64,000 nucleotides of DNA from Emiliania huxleyi CCMP1516 (lineage: Eukaryota), in NCBI RefSeq assembly GCF_000372725.1, contig NW_005202237.1, positions 372,001 to 436,000 on the forward strand, given 5' to 3'. Position numbers and translations under genes: made by a program. Below the pieces are notes generated by a model that was not told the origin of the DNA, did no database searches, and saw nothing but the letters and a program-made list of their open reading frames with translations. Below are positions 32,670 through 44,852 of the stretch, piece by piece (position 1 is the stretch's first letter; the number at the start of each line of letters is the position of its first letter).

Positions 32670-35600
32670 TCATGAGCCGGGGTTCGAGATGACCATGTGG
32701 TCGAGGTTTGGCATCTCGCCGCTGCCGCCGCCGAGCTTGGACGAGCCCGACTTGCGGGCCCGCTTCTTCTCGAGCCGCTCGCGGTTCATGTAGCACTGCT
32801 CGCGGAAGGCGGTCGGCGTCGCGGGGCCTACGGGCAGCGCTCCGAGAAGGCTGCGGAAGGTTGTGGAAGGTCGCGACGGGCGGTCGGCGGGGCTGACCGT
32901 GCGTCCCGGCCTCCTCGCCCAGCAGCGTCGTCCCTCCGCTCGCGTGTGGAGAGCGGCCGTCGCCGCTGTGCGAGTCGTTGAGCGAGGTGTACTTTTGCAG
33001 CAGCCTCAGGCCCGCCTCGACCTGCGAGTCCGCCTCGGTGAGCCGGTACGGCGGGCACTCCTCAGCGCACCCCTCCAGGAAGGGGTGGTTGAGCGCTCGC
33101 TTCGCGTCCGGGCGCAGGTTCGGGTCGGGCTGCACCAGCTCGGTGATGAAAGAGACGAGCTGAGGGTCGTCGCACCTGCAGCCGTGCGGCGCGGGCACGT
33201 CGCGGGCACGTCGCGGGCGGCGCGCGTCGCAAGCCGTCGCGGGCGTGGCATGTGCGAGTGGCCGCGGCGGCGGCGTGCGGCAGCGGCGGCGCGAGTCGCT
33301 GCGGCGGCGGCGCGCCCGTTCGCGGCGACCTTCCTCTATCTCCCCATCTCTCCCCATATCTCCCCATATCTCGCGCCCGTTTGCGGCGAGGATCATCGCG
33401 ATGGAGGTCTTGCGCGGCCGCATGCGGCAGAGCCGCCCCTCCTGCTTGCCGACGAGCCCGTTGCGCAGCTGCGCGGCGTCGGACTGGTCGGCGAAGTAGT
33501 GGTCGGTGAGCGCGCCCTCCCGGAGCAACGAGCGCGGCAGCGGGCCAAGCACGGCGATGTGCGAGGCGAGGAGCGCCTGGACGGAGAGGGGAGCGAAGCA
33601 GCTTCAGACCTCGGCCGCATCTCGGCCGCATCTCGGCCGCGTCTCGGCCGCATCGCGGCCGCATCGCGGCCACGTCTCTGCCGCCTCTCTGCCGCCTCTC
33701 TGCCGCCTCTCTGCCGCCTCTCTGCCGCCTCTCGCCTCTCGCCTGGACGGAGCGGTTGTCGAAGAGCAGCTTGCCCGTGTAGAGCTCCATCAGGATGCAG
33801 CCGAGGGACCAGAGGTCGACCTGGGAGGGGGAGGGGTCAGAGAGGGCCCGGGAGGGGGGCGGGGAGGGCGGCACCGGATGAGGAACGCCCGCCTGCATTC
33901 GCTTCTTGTGCGGGTCCAGCAGACCGGTCGCAATCTGCACGATCATGCCTTGCGGGNNNNNNNNNNNNNNNNNNNNNNNNNNNNNNNNNNNNNNNNNNNN
34001 NNNNNNNNNNNNNNNNNNNNNNNNNNNNNNNNNNNNNNNNNNNNNNNNNNNNNNNNCCGCTAGGCGCCCAATAGGCCATAACCGCATCTGGGGGGGGGGG
34101 GGGGCGTGCAGCGAGGGCGGGCTGGGGTAGGGATGGGGGGTGGGGGTAGGGGTGGGGGTGGGGGTGGGGCGCCTTAGGCGAGTAGGCGAGACCGAGGACG
34201 ACCTCCGGTGCCCGATAGGCGCGGCTCTGCACGTAGGAGCAGCGCTGGTCGTGGTGCAAGTACGCGTTGCCGTAGTCGATCACCTTGATCTTGCACGCGG
34301 TGAGCGACGAGATGAGGATGTTTTCCGGCTTGAGGTCGCAGTGGATGACGTCGCGCTGGTGCAGGCACTGCAGCGTGAGCAGGCACTGCTTTGCGACGTG
34401 GCGCAGCCTCTCGACGGTGAAGTAGCGCGGCAGCCTGCACTCCTCAATGTACTTGTAGATGTGGTACAGGTTGTCGCGCAGCAACTCGTACACAATGAAC
34501 AGCGTCTCGCGAAAGTAAAACACATTCAGCAGCAGCGGCAGCCTGCGGCCCCAAGTCCGCGCATCGGTGTGCGCCAGATGGGCGAGAGGGGAGGGCAGAG
34601 GGGGGGGGCGGGGGCGCAAGCAGAGGGGGAGGGGCGGGCGCGCGGGCGGCGCGCCTCTCCGCCTCCTGCGGCGTCATCTGCGAGGCGAGAAGCTTGAGAA
34701 GCTTCACCTGCCAGAGGAGCGGGGCGTGGGGTGAGGGGGGGGGGTGAGTTGGGCGAGGCGGGCGAGGGCCGCCCGCAGGCGGCGAGAGAGGGTTCGCGCG
34801 CCTCCCACAAGTTCTGGTCGAAGATATCCTTGGTGTTCTTCGAAATCTTGACGCAGACGAACCGGTGCCTGCGCGCGACGCGCGGCCGCGCCTCGTCTCG
34901 CGGCGTCCTTCGGGCGTCGCAGCTGCTGGTGGGCAGGCTGGGCGCTGCTGCTGGGCCGGCTGGGCGGGCCCGGGCTGGCTGCCTCCCCTTCCCCCTGCTG
35001 GCGCGTGCTGGGAGGGCGGTGCACGCCTCCCCGTCGCTCGCAGGTCCTCACACTGCACCGTGTGGCAAAACGTGCCGCTGCCGAGGTACTGGATCACCAC
35101 ATACCTGCGCCGCGCAACGCAGCCGCGCGTCAGGCGGCAGACCGCGCTCGCTCCGCCGCTCGGCGGCGCCGCACCGGCCGGCGATGACCTGCTTCTCCTC
35201 GACGCGGAAGTGCGTCTCCGACTCGAGGCCGGAGGTGAAGCGGTCGTAGTGCACCTGACCGCCGCGATCGCCGCTCACGTCGCTACTCGCCAGGATTGGA
35301 GGCGCTGCTTTGGGCGGCTGCTGGGGCTGGTGCTTTGGAGGGGGGCTGGGATGGCCAGAGAGGGGGCCGGCGGGCGGGCGGGGAGGGGAGAGGCCCCGCA
35401 GGGCCGCCGCGGCGCGCCTTCGCACCGACGGCGTGCAGCCTGCCACACCTCACGCCCACATCTCGATTCGCGTGTCTCGGCTATGCGCTGGCGCCATCAT
35501 GGCAAAGTCGTGCAGCTGGCAAGACTCGCGCTTGCGCTCGTCCCTCTCGCCGTGGAAGATCGGGTCCGGCTTGGTGAGCAGCACGTCCGGCACCTGCTGC

Positions 35601-36344
35601 GCCGAGAGCGGCTCCACGTCGTACAGCTTCCCCGGCCGCGACGACGTGCCTGCGAGGGAGATCGTGCGAGGGAGAGCGAGTCCGTCTGAGGAGGAGAGGC
35701 AGCGCTGCGGCGCCGCTGCGCGGCCGCTGCAACGCGCCGGGTACTGGCAGCGCCTCTGCCGTCGGCGCCACTTTGTGCGCCTGAGGGTGAGCGTGCGGGG
35801 TCGGCGCCCGCACAAGGCAGCGCGAGGCAGGCGGTCCCGCGCGCGACGGCCGTCCCCAAACCGAGCCACGCGCCGTGACGCTGCCGTGACGCTGCTGCGG
35901 GCGCGCTGGGCTGGCTGCAGCGCTCGCCTTGGACGACCCCACCCCTGCGGACGCATCGCCGCCGCCCCGCGCATCGGGAGGAGCCAGCGCAGCCGCACTC
36001 GCCATCTGAAGCGGGGGAACACTGCGCTCAGCCGCCGCCTCTTGGCTGCATGCACCGGGTGCGAGGCCGTGCGCTTCGGCCTCCCTCCAGAGGTGGCGGG
36101 CGGCGCGCGCGAGCGTCCGCGCGAGCGGTGCACGGTGCATGGGCCCTTGCGGCCCCGCCACAGCCGCGCACACCCCACCACTGTGCTTGCTATGGGCGGT
36201 TCCGGGTGCCTCGTCCGCAAAGCTTGTCAGCGTGCGCGACATGCCGCGCTTTTCTAGCCATCTCGTGACGACGGCGGCAGCGGCGTCGGTGGGAAGCCCC
36301 AGCAGCTCGGAGCACAGCGCCTCCGCCGGCTCGCCCTCGGCCAT
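32670..36344 (-). CDS. DYRK-family-like dual-specificity protein kinase with an N-terminal LisH-like motif, many exons, spans an N-gap
   Basis: YLGSGTFCHTVQC, IVYELLRDNLY, IHCDLKPENIL, KVIDYG, CSYVQSRAYRAPEVVLG, VDLWSLGCILMELYTG and DPNLRPDAKRALNHPFL. The N-terminus has VVTRWLEKRGMSRTLTSFADE. Confidence 0.9.
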
Positions 36345-36558
36345 CCGCGGCCTCCGGGCCACTCGGTCCGAGTGACCGCTGTGGTGTGTTTGGGCCGAAG
36401 TCTGCTTTCGCTGCCTCCCTCGTAAAACGCGGAGGAAACTCGAAACTCGAGAGGAAATTGGAATTCAGACATTATCGAAACGTCCTTTTGTCCGACACGT
36501 GTGGCATGAAGGTCGCTCATCACAGCTCCACAGGCACACAGCACCTCTCGCACGGCTC

Positions 36559-37537
36559 TCAGCTGTGCATGCGCATCAGCCTCCGGCACTGCATGTACAC
36601 CGAGTTGAAGATGGCCGAGTTGAGCGCCACGAATGCGCACTTGACGCCGAAGCCGCTGTACAGCCTGCCCAGCCCGCCGGTCGAGACGAGCAGCCGCAAC
36701 TCACTCGCCGCGGATCGCGGCGGGCCGTCGACCGCCTGCGCTGCGAGGCGGGGCATGCATGACCCGGTGCGGGTGCGGGAGAGGGCGGGAGGGCGGCGGC
36801 GGAGGAGTGTCGGCCGCCTGCATTCGCTTCTTGAGCGTGTCCAGCGGGTAGGTCGGAATCTGCACGATCATCCCTGCGGGGGCATCGGCACGTGTTTCAC
36901 GGGCGTGTCCCGCAGGGCGTCGGCGTATCGCTGGGCGCAAGAAGGGCTGGCCTGCCGCGGCGCCGCACACAAAGTGCTTCCAGTGCTGCAGCGCCGAGCT
37001 GCGGCCTGGATCGGGAATGGTTCGCTCGAGGATGTTCCGCGAGCAGAGCCAGATGGACATCCCGAACGCCGAGTAGATGACGGCGGGCGTGAAGCCTTGG
37101 TACAGCTGCGGCAGCCGCGGCGACGCTCTGCCGAGCTGCCAGCGCGTCTTGAGCGTGTCGATCGGAAACAGCACGGTGGTGGTGGCGACAGCACTGGAGC
37201 CACCTGACACCGCGTCCCGCGCCAGCTCCGGCCAACTCGTTGGCAGCCGCGACTTGACCGCGGCGCCTGACCCAAACTTGAACCCCTGCCTGACTCCCAG
37301 CATCGCGACCGTTGGGCCGAGTGCTCGGTAGAGCAGGCGCACGCCGGGCAGGCCACCGCTGGCAAAGATAACACGCAGCGTCTGCAGCATCGGTCGTCCA
37401 GCGTGCTGCATGTGCGTCTGCACAGTGTTGGCTGGGAGGAGGAGCACTGCCTGCACGGTGCCGGCGGCAAAACTCGCAGCGGCGGCGCGCGACGGGTCGC
37501 CAGAGAAAGCGTCAGCCGACGAGGCGCTGGTCGACAT
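36559..37537 (-). CDS. Mitochondrial carrier family (SLC25) protein, 3 exons
   Basis: Carrier signatures LPANTVQTHMQ, FPIDTLKTRWQ and YPLDTLKKRMQ, plus GLGRLYSG. Confidence 0.9.
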
Positions 37538-37788
37538 GTTGAGCAACGTGGAGCCAAGGGCGTTTGGTTGGGTGTGGAAAAGAATTCTTTCCCTGGCAAG
37601 GTAGGCGCGCGCCCAAGCGTTGGACGGGCGCAGACGAGCGACGAAACCGAGGTAGGTTCCGCCGAGTTACCCTGCGAACCTGTTCGCGCAGAATGTAACC
37701 GTCGTGCTCGCGCGCGCATATCAAAAAAACATCGCGTCAAGCGTCAAAAGTCTCATCGGTCACGCCTGTCCACCGGCCAGTCACCGCG

Positions 37789-38286
37789 ATGATGCGGCTG
37801 CTCGCGGTCTTGCTGGCATGCAGCAGCGCCGTCGCTACGGCGCTACCATCGAAGCCAGCGCTCCGACCTGCACCCATGCTGCACCGTGCGCGGCAGCTCT
37901 CAGATGGAGTTGCACGTTCGACCGTGGAGTCGCAAAACGACCCAGCTTCGACCGTGGAGTCAGAGGTTGACCCAGCTTCTGCTCAAGAAAGCTACCTCGC
38001 CAAGAGCTGCAACCCTCGCCGTCTGTGGAGGCTTGCCAAGTCCACCCTACGTGGGGTGCTAACGGTCGTGGGTGTTCGCATGACCACCATTCTAGCGATC
38101 GAAGTTGTGACTTGCGCTGCTCCGGTGCTGATCCTTTCACTGCATTCAGTAACGACAGGGCTGATTGTTGCCAAGCGATGCTCTGACGGCCGCCCACTTT
38201 CAGGGCGAGAGCAACAACGTCTTCAACAACAGCTTCGTGAGATGCTCAATTACGATAGGAGGCAGCTCAATGTGTCGCCGATGTGA
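37789..38286 (+). CDS. Hypothetical protein with signal peptide
   Basis: MMRLLAVLLACSSAVATA signal-like start and a hydrophobic C-terminal half. No recognisable family. Confidence 0.35.
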   Translation: MMRLLAVLLACSSAVATALPSKPALRPAPMLHRARQLSDGVARSTVESQNDPASTVESEVDPASAQESYLAKSCNPRRLWRLAKSTLRGVLTVVGVRMTTILAIEVVTCAAPVLILSLHSVTTGLIVAKRCSDGRPLSGREQQRLQQQLREMLNYDRRQLNVSPM

Positions 38287-38807
38287 CACATGGTTTTCAT
38301 CCCGATGGTTCGACCCCGGGTGGTTCGACTGCATGGCAATGCTCGGCGCTATGACGTACAGCGCCGAACTGTACACTTGGGTGTCGCTACTTTTTACCGA
38401 CCCACAGAGCGTGAGAAATACCACATTTCTTTCGCTCCAACTTTTGCAATGGGTGACCGATATCATATGGTCAGTGTGTCCGGCCACAGCGCAAAAGCAC
38501 GCAGATCGAGCGTAGTCCGGGCTGCGCGGCGCGGCGCTTGCTCGCTCGCCACCGCGCCGCCCTTCTACAAACCATTCTGCGTTCTGAGAATCGTTCTGAG
38601 AACCGAGACGAGAACGCCACAACGCGCCACGCTCGACGCAGCGTCCCATCGCGTTGCCGCGTCGTGAGCCACAGCGCAAAAGCACGCAGATCGAGCGAGG
38701 AGAGAGAGTCACGACACCGTGCCCCAGACGCCAGCGAGCCGCCCGCATGCGGTGGGGCCGGTTCTCCCGCCACAGCGCGTTCAGCGCCCCCTGTACGATC
38801 AAACTAA

Positions 38808-40400
38808 TCAGTGGGGACGGCCTCGCCCAGCCTCGGCGAGGCCAATCACAATCTCCGCCGCCCTCTCCGCCCCGCCCGCGCCGCGAATGGCCTCCGCCAT
38901 CTCCCGCGCCTTTGCGCGGTACGAGTCGCCCTCAAGCACGCCGCGCATCGCCTGGCGCAGGTCGCGCACGTACTCGGAAAGGACGGCGTCTCCGTCCTCC
39001 TTGGGGCGCGGGACAGCGAGGCCCAAGCCCAAGCTCTCGGCCTTGCGGCCATTCACGGGCTGGTCGCCAAATCCGGGAACGACGACCAGGGGGACGCCCT
39101 TGGCCATACTCTCGGTGAAGGAGTTCTGGCCGCCGTGCGTCACGAACATGCTCACAGCGCCCGAGGAGAGGAGGTCGACCTGCGCGATGTAACTGCGGCA
39201 AACGGCGTTCGGAGGGACGGCCAGCCCGTCGAGCGCGTCTGGCTGCGGGCCGGTGCTACACACGATCAGCGGCGCGCCATTGCTGCACGCCTCGGTAAAG
39301 CTGCCTCGCCCCGCCTCCGCAACCTCGGGCGCACCAAACTCGTCGAAGGCCGCGCGAAAGACGCTCTGCACCAGTTGCTTGCCGGTGATGCCAAAGGCCT
39401 TGCCCTCGCCGTCCGCCTCGCGGCTTTCCCAGCCAACCGTGGGCAGGTCCGAGGTCAGGACGGTTCCAAGGCTGACGTACACCACCGGGACGCCCAACTC
39501 CTTGGCCTGCCTCACGGCGGCGAGGGCCGAGTCGCCGGTGTCTTGCACGTCCGACCGGTGCCGGTGCAGCGTTGGCGGTGCGACCTGCTCCTCCTTCTTG
39601 CTAAAGACGAAGCCGCCTGCGCGAGCCGCGCCCTCGACGTCCAGGCTGGGACCAATGTGGAAGAAGGTCACTTTGGCCTCATCGAGCGCTGACGCCGTCC
39701 GCTCGCTCACCGCGTCGCACAGCGGTTCAATCGTTGTCACCAGCGTCGCCGCCTTGGGCCCTCCGAGGTAGCAGTTGTTCACCGGCAGCGAGAAGGGGCG
39801 CTCCTTTGGCAGCGCGATCCCTGGGTAGCGCTCGCGCAGCCGCAGCATGGCAGCCGTGTTGACCTCGTCCTCAAAGTAGGCTCGGTCGAGGTCCTCCAGG
39901 CCGATGCCCGCCTTGCTGACCGCGTCGCTGAGGAACGCCTCGATGGCGCCTGGGCCAGCGACCGTGAACAGACCCGCAGCTGGAATGCTGAGGAGGCTGC
40001 ACGCGTGGGTGGCGGAGGGCAGCATCAGAGGGTCGTACACCACCGCATCGTACGCGCCCTCGTTCAGAAAGCGCAGAAGACCGGGCAGCTGCCGCTCGAT
40101 TCTGACGTTGCCAAGCTTGAGGTTCTGCAGGTGGAACGGCATCGATTCGCACCCAAACTCCGCCATCAACGCCTGGGATGCCGCCGAATAGTTGTCGGCG
40201 GCCTGGAAGAATTCTGTCAGGACCGTGGCTTCGTCGACAAAAACCGCTCCAGTCGCCTCGATGGCTGCTCGGAAATTGCTCGACGAGAGGTACGTCACGC
40301 TGTGTCCGCGCTTGACGAGGTGACGAGCGATTGGGAAGGAAGGATTGGTGTGTCCCGAAGCGGTCGAGAAGATGAAGATAAATCGCTGCTGCTGAGCCAT
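38808..40400 (-). CDS. UDP-glycosyltransferase (GT1, MGT/UGT-like), intronless, 530 aa
   Basis: SGHTNPSFPIARHLVKRGHSV, VVYVSLGT and the PSPG-like box YIAQVDLL...FVTHGGQNSFTESMAKGVPLVVVPGFGDQPVN. Confidence 0.93.
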   Translation of the reverse strand: MAQQQRFIFIFSTASGHTNPSFPIARHLVKRGHSVTYLSSSNFRAAIEATGAVFVDEATVLTEFFQAADNYSAASQALMAEFGCESMPFHLQNLKLGNVRIERQLPGLLRFLNEGAYDAVVYDPLMLPSATHACSLLSIPAAGLFTVAGPGAIEAFLSDAVSKAGIGLEDLDRAYFEDEVNTAAMLRLRERYPGIALPKERPFSLPVNNCYLGGPKAATLVTTIEPLCDAVSERTASALDEAKVTFFHIGPSLDVEGAARAGGFVFSKKEEQVAPPTLHRHRSDVQDTGDSALAAVRQAKELGVPVVYVSLGTVLTSDLPTVGWESREADGEGKAFGITGKQLVQSVFRAAFDEFGAPEVAEAGRGSFTEACSNGAPLIVCSTGPQPDALDGLAVPPNAVCRSYIAQVDLLSSGAVSMFVTHGGQNSFTESMAKGVPLVVVPGFGDQPVNGRKAESLGLGLAVPRPKEDGDAVLSEYVRDLRQAMRGVLEGDSYRAKAREMAEAIRGAGGAERAAEIVIGLAEAGRGRPH

Positions 40401-40444
40401 GCCGCGCTGCTCCTTTGTGTCGTCCTTGCCGACCCTTCAGCTGT

Positions 40445-40540
40445 TTTTCTCGTTCACAGCCTTGTTCTCGAGAAGAAAATACGTCCGCGCGCTGTGCGCT
40501 GGTCTGTGAGAGGATGAGGTGCGAGCCCTGGAGGCCCTGG
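40445..40540 (-). repeat. Dispersed repeat, inverted copy of about 25628-25720
   Basis: CCAGGGCCTCCAGGGCTCGCACCTCA.CCTCTCACAGACCAGCGC...TATTTTCTTCTC is shared between the two loci. Confidence 0.7.
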
Positions 40541-41093
40541 GGATGCGGGGAATGTTCACATAAACGCACAACCCCGGGCCCGAAATCGCATAGAGACAGT
40601 CACGCACGCAAACAAAACAAACGTCCAAGGCGTGAACCGCGCCATTCGCTCTCACCTGGCAACCCTGTCTGCACGTCTCGCGCGCGCGTGAACAGGCCTC
40701 CAGGCCCCAAATGACGCGTGAGTGTTAGATTTGTTTGGTATTGCTAAAAATCTCTCTCTCGCACACAAACAAACAACAACAAAGAGACACAGCGTCCCAG
40801 GGAAGGCGAGCAAAAGTAAAAGTTCACATAAACGCACAACCGCGGGGTGCGATTTCGCACAGTGACAGTCAGACATGCTACTTGCTTTCATTCTTTTGAA
40901 GAATAAATACCTCGTACGCCGAGGCTCAACGTTTTCTTTTACTTTTTTGCCCGCCAAGTGTTGACAGGTCATTTGCGAGTCAGACAGTGGGCAACGTCCT
41001 CACAACAACTGACTTAGTTTCTGCGTCCCCTCTCGATGGCTCGCTCAGCCTCGCTCCACCGAGGATGCGGCGCAGTCCGTCAGGCGGTAGGCA

Positions 41094-42210
41094 ATGCTGG
41101 CGGTGACGATCGTGATCGGCATCGCAGCCGCCTCTCTCGCTGTTGCTGCAGCCGTGATTGCGCATTGCCCCTCCGTCCAGCAGGAGCTGTACAGTTCTTT
41201 CAGCAGCCTCCATTCAAATACTAGCCTCCCTCCAAACAACAGCATACCCAAGCGCTCCCTCCACAGCCAGCTGCAAGTGCTGCGCAAAGCGGCCAAAACC
41301 AGGGAGACCGAGTACATTCAGGCATTCCGCTCGAAATGCGACTTGGCCCGCATCATGCCCCGCTATGCGTGGGTGCACGTACCCAAGGCGGGCACTTCGT
41401 TCGGAGCAACGCTCCTTCATGCGCACAATCCAAGGCTGCGCTCAGCATCGGCTTTCCTGTCTGCGAGCATTCGGGCACCATGCCCTTGGACATCGAAATG
41501 TGCCGCGGAATAAGTCCTTTTGTGAGCGCGCCCACACTGACCGAACGCTCCTGCACGAGGTCGCTCGCGACCCGTGCGCGTTCTGGTCCAAGGGGCAAGC
41601 AATCTGATTCGCCGGCCACGACGCGATCAGTGACGAGGCGCATCAGCTCTTCCAAGGCAACTTCTTCGGCATGTTTCGCGAGCCCGTCTCACGCGTCGCC
41701 TCGGCCTTCGCGTGGTTTGGAAAGGAGCGGGCGAACGCGCAGCTGAATGCCTCTGAGTATGCGCGACGCGCACGCGGCACCGCCGTCAAGATGCTCAGTG
41801 GCCAAGCGTCCGGCGAAGAGTGCAACAGTGGATACGCCCTGTGCGACTTGACGGAGGTGCCCAACGTCAGCGCCGCGCTGAAGCGCCTCGAGTCGTTTGC
41901 GTACGTCGGGCTCACATCCGAGTGGCGCCTCTCCATCTGCCTCTTCCACGCGATGTTTGGAGGCCGGTGCGTCGGTGGCGAGCTGGAGAATGCAAAGCCC
42001 GGCCGCCATAGCGCCAGAACCAAGGCGCAGATTCTGGGGAAGGTCAAACAGGAGGGTGACCCGTATGACCAGGCTTTGTACGCGGCCGTCCAGCGGCGCT
42101 TCCGGAGCGACATGACGCGCTACAATGTCACTGCGGCTTGGTGCAACCGCGTATGCCCACCGGGTCTGCGCCGGAATGAGAGCGGCCCGCACCTCCAAGG
42201 GATAATCTAA
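41094..42210 (+). pseudogene. Sulfotransferase family 2-like type II membrane protein, disrupted
   Basis: N-terminal TM, 5'-PSB WVHVPKAGTSF, 3'-PB GMFREPVSRVASAF, FAYVGLT and DPYDQALY. There is a frameshift near 41510 and an in-frame TGA at 41605-41607. Confidence 0.7.
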
Positions 42211-42662
42211 GCCCAACAGCTCGTGCCGCCCTCCGGACGGCGGAGGCGCTACGCCGCGTCAGCCCAGCAGCTCGTGCCGCCCTCCGGACGGTGGGAGCGC
42301 TACGCCACGTCCGTGACCGTGTCCATCAAGGGCGTCGTAGTACGCCCTAGAGAGAGTTTGTTTTGTTGTCGCCCTTACGTCCATCAAACACAAAGTGGTT
42401 CGTATATTGTGAGCTGAGCCCGCCGGTCTGACTTGACTGTCCGAGTCTGACACCTGTGACCTGGCAGCCTGGGTGTGTGAGCGCGCGCGTGACAGTAATC
42501 CTGACAGTATCAGACATGTCCTCAGTGTAAGGGGTGTAACCCCCCGACAGCGCATGTGATGCCACATTATTTTGTGAGGGCGATGATTTCGTCAGAGGTA
42601 AAAACCGGGAAAGTGCCTCTCTACGCTCTGCCTCACCCGAGGCCCGTCCACGCCCGAACCCC

Positions 42663-43294
42663 TCAGCGCTTGTAAAAGGAGGGCCGCGGAGCGCTGTTTA
42701 CGCCACGCGAGCGCCAGTAGTCCCCGCCAAAGTGCTGCCGCTCCATCAGGTGGTTGTGCCTCGCCACCTGCGGAGGCGCGGGCGGTGTCGCGGTGGGGAC
42801 GCAGCCATCGCAAGGGACGCCGATTGAACGCAGCTCACAAAATCGGGGTCCGGATTGTTGCCGCCCCAGTTTGAGATGGGCTTCGAGCCGTTTGCCTGAG
42901 CGCCTCTCGGCTGCGAGTTCGGCGGCACGAAGGCGCGTGAGGGACCGGCGCAAGGGCGTGTGTGTGGGCTGCGGCCACTCGCCTGCAGCACTCCGTCGCG
43001 CATCACGAAGCTGCCCTTCGTCGAGCCGCCCCCGCCACTCGCGTCCTCTCCGCCGACTCGCCTCGCTCCTCTGAACCGCGGCGTCACCATGCGCAGGTAC
43101 GCGAGCCGCGACTCGGCCTCCTCCAGCGCGGCGCGGGCGGCGGCGCCGTCCGCGGCCGCGCGGAGCTTGGCGTAGAAGTGCTGCGCGTCGAGCCGCGCGC
43201 CGCGGCCGCGCTCGCCGCCGAGGTGGCGGCATCGCTTGAGCGTCTCACGGTAGAGCTGGGCGACGGCGGAGCCGACCAGGGGCGGGGCTTGCAT
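42663..43294 (-). CDS. LYR-motif (Complex1_LYR-like) protein, 3 exons
   Basis: VAQLYRETLKRCRHL...ALEEAESRLAYLRMVTPR, with downstream exons ISNWGGNNPDPDF and VARHNHLMERQHFGG. Confidence 0.75.
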
Positions 43295-43419
43295 TTTTGC
43301 CGTCGCCAGTCGCCGCGACAGCGGTCGCCACCTTTCTCGCGGAGTTGGGAGGCGAAGAAAACACGAACGATGCGGAAAAGAAACAAAAAAGCGAAGCACA
43401 GAAAGTACGGGCACGTAGC

Positions 43420-43810
43420 AAGCTCATGCTAGCCGTGATGCAGCGAACAGTCAGCAAGCTGTGTAGAGGATTTGAATTCACAGCGGCGGGGGAGAACGTG
43501 CCGCAGCTGGTTTATGCCGACGACGGCCTGTTCCTCAGCAACGACATAGCCACGATGCAGCTCGCGCTAGAGTGTGCCTGGTTAGTGACAAAGATCTGTG
43601 GCACCAGCCTCCAGGTCAAAAAGAAGAAGAAATCGGCATGGTCAGCGACGTACTGGGAGAACAACGAAGAGCGGGATGTCGAGGGCTACGAAATGAGGAT
43701 GCCGGATGGCATGCCGATACCACAGCTGAAGGGAGACGAGAGCTACAAATACCTCGGAACGGAGCTAAGGACCGGGTGGGCAAACGGCGAGGGCCAGACG
43801 GAAATGAGGG
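43420..43810 (+). mobile_element. Non-LTR retrotransposon (LINE) reverse transcriptase fragment
   Basis: VPQLVYADDGLFLSND (RT domain 5, YADD), followed by GTSLQVKKKKKS and ESYKYLG. It is truncated on both sides. Confidence 0.85.
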
Positions 43811-44450
43811 AGCGGTCAGGCGTCGCGAACTGCATGGCCATCCACGACTCAAACTGAGTCCAGAAGCGGGACACGTACGACAGGTCGAGGAGGATCAGGA
43901 CGGTTGTGCCGAGGTACAGGCGATTCACCTCTGCGAGCATCCTCTTGAAGACGGCCGCGTCCTCCGCGCTGCGCGAGCCCTTGGGGTGGTCCTGCGGCAT
44001 GCAAGCTGAGTCTATCCAGACGCGCTCAATCTTCTTGCCGTCTGGCGAGTTGAGGAACCCCTTGAGCGCCTTGAGCTGCTCACCGTCGGGATCCGGGTCG
44101 TCCGGCTGCATCCAGCGGTGCGAGACCGCCAAGGTCGTCTCAATGTGGGTGCCCTTCACCACTTCGGCGTAGTCGAGCGACACTTCGACAAGCGGCTCAT
44201 CGGTGACGATGTGGTCCCGAATCTCCTGGAAGAAAGGCAGGCTCTTCCCTGGGAACTGGCGCACGAAGTCAGCGCTCAGCATAAAGAAGGTGCAGGAACG
44301 GGTACCGTCGCCCTCAGGTTGGGCAGGCATTGCCGCTGGCTCCTCGGGGTCCGGCGATGTCATGGACAGCGAGTACGGGAGCTTCGACGCGTTCTCAGGA
44401 GGCTTCGGCTCGGTGGCGAGGCACTTCAGGCAACGCAGCAAGTCCGTCAT
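43811..44450 (-). pseudogene. HET-domain (TIR-like) protein, 3' truncated
   Basis: LAVSHRWMQPDDPDPDGEQL, VWIDSACMPQ, MLAEVNRLYLGTTVLILL and YVSRFWTQFE. It abuts the LINE fragment. Confidence 0.75.
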
Positions 44451-44602
44451 TCAACTCAGCAGGGAGGCTCGGTGCGCACCGAAAGAGCCGGCGGGCGCTG
44501 TCGGCAAGGAAGCGCCCACGGACACGCGGCTCAAATCTCGTTGTTTTTACCTTTTCCGAGTGCACAGCAATTGCTAAAAATCTCTCTCTCTCAGCAAAAC
44601 TA

Positions 44603-44852
44603 CGAGCATGGTAACGGGGCTCGTTACGGGCCCTCGAGCTCGTAGGCCGACCTCGTAGGACCTACGAGCTCGAAGCTGGTAAACCAGCCTTGTAACGAGC
44701 CTGGATACGACCCGGCGCAGCAAAATGCGGGTTTAAAGAAAGGAGACGCTATCTATGCAAACCCATCCTAAAGCAAAAACACACACACGAAAACACGAAT
44801 CAAAAGTACGCTCCTGCGCCTGCCAATTACGAGCCCTGTTACGAGCTCCTCG
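44603..44852. mobile_element. Mariner-like MITE remnant
   Basis: Ends are TA|CGAG and CTCG|TA, with imperfect TIRs of about 24 bp (TACGAG..GTAAC.GGGCTCGT) and many internal TACGAG/CTCGTA copies. Confidence 0.5.

Noticed and set aside
41605..41607. In-frame TGA in the sulfotransferase as selenocysteine
   Set aside because: A separate frameshift lies about 100 bp upstream, there is no redox motif, and I could not identify a SECIS. A pseudogene or sequencing error is simpler.
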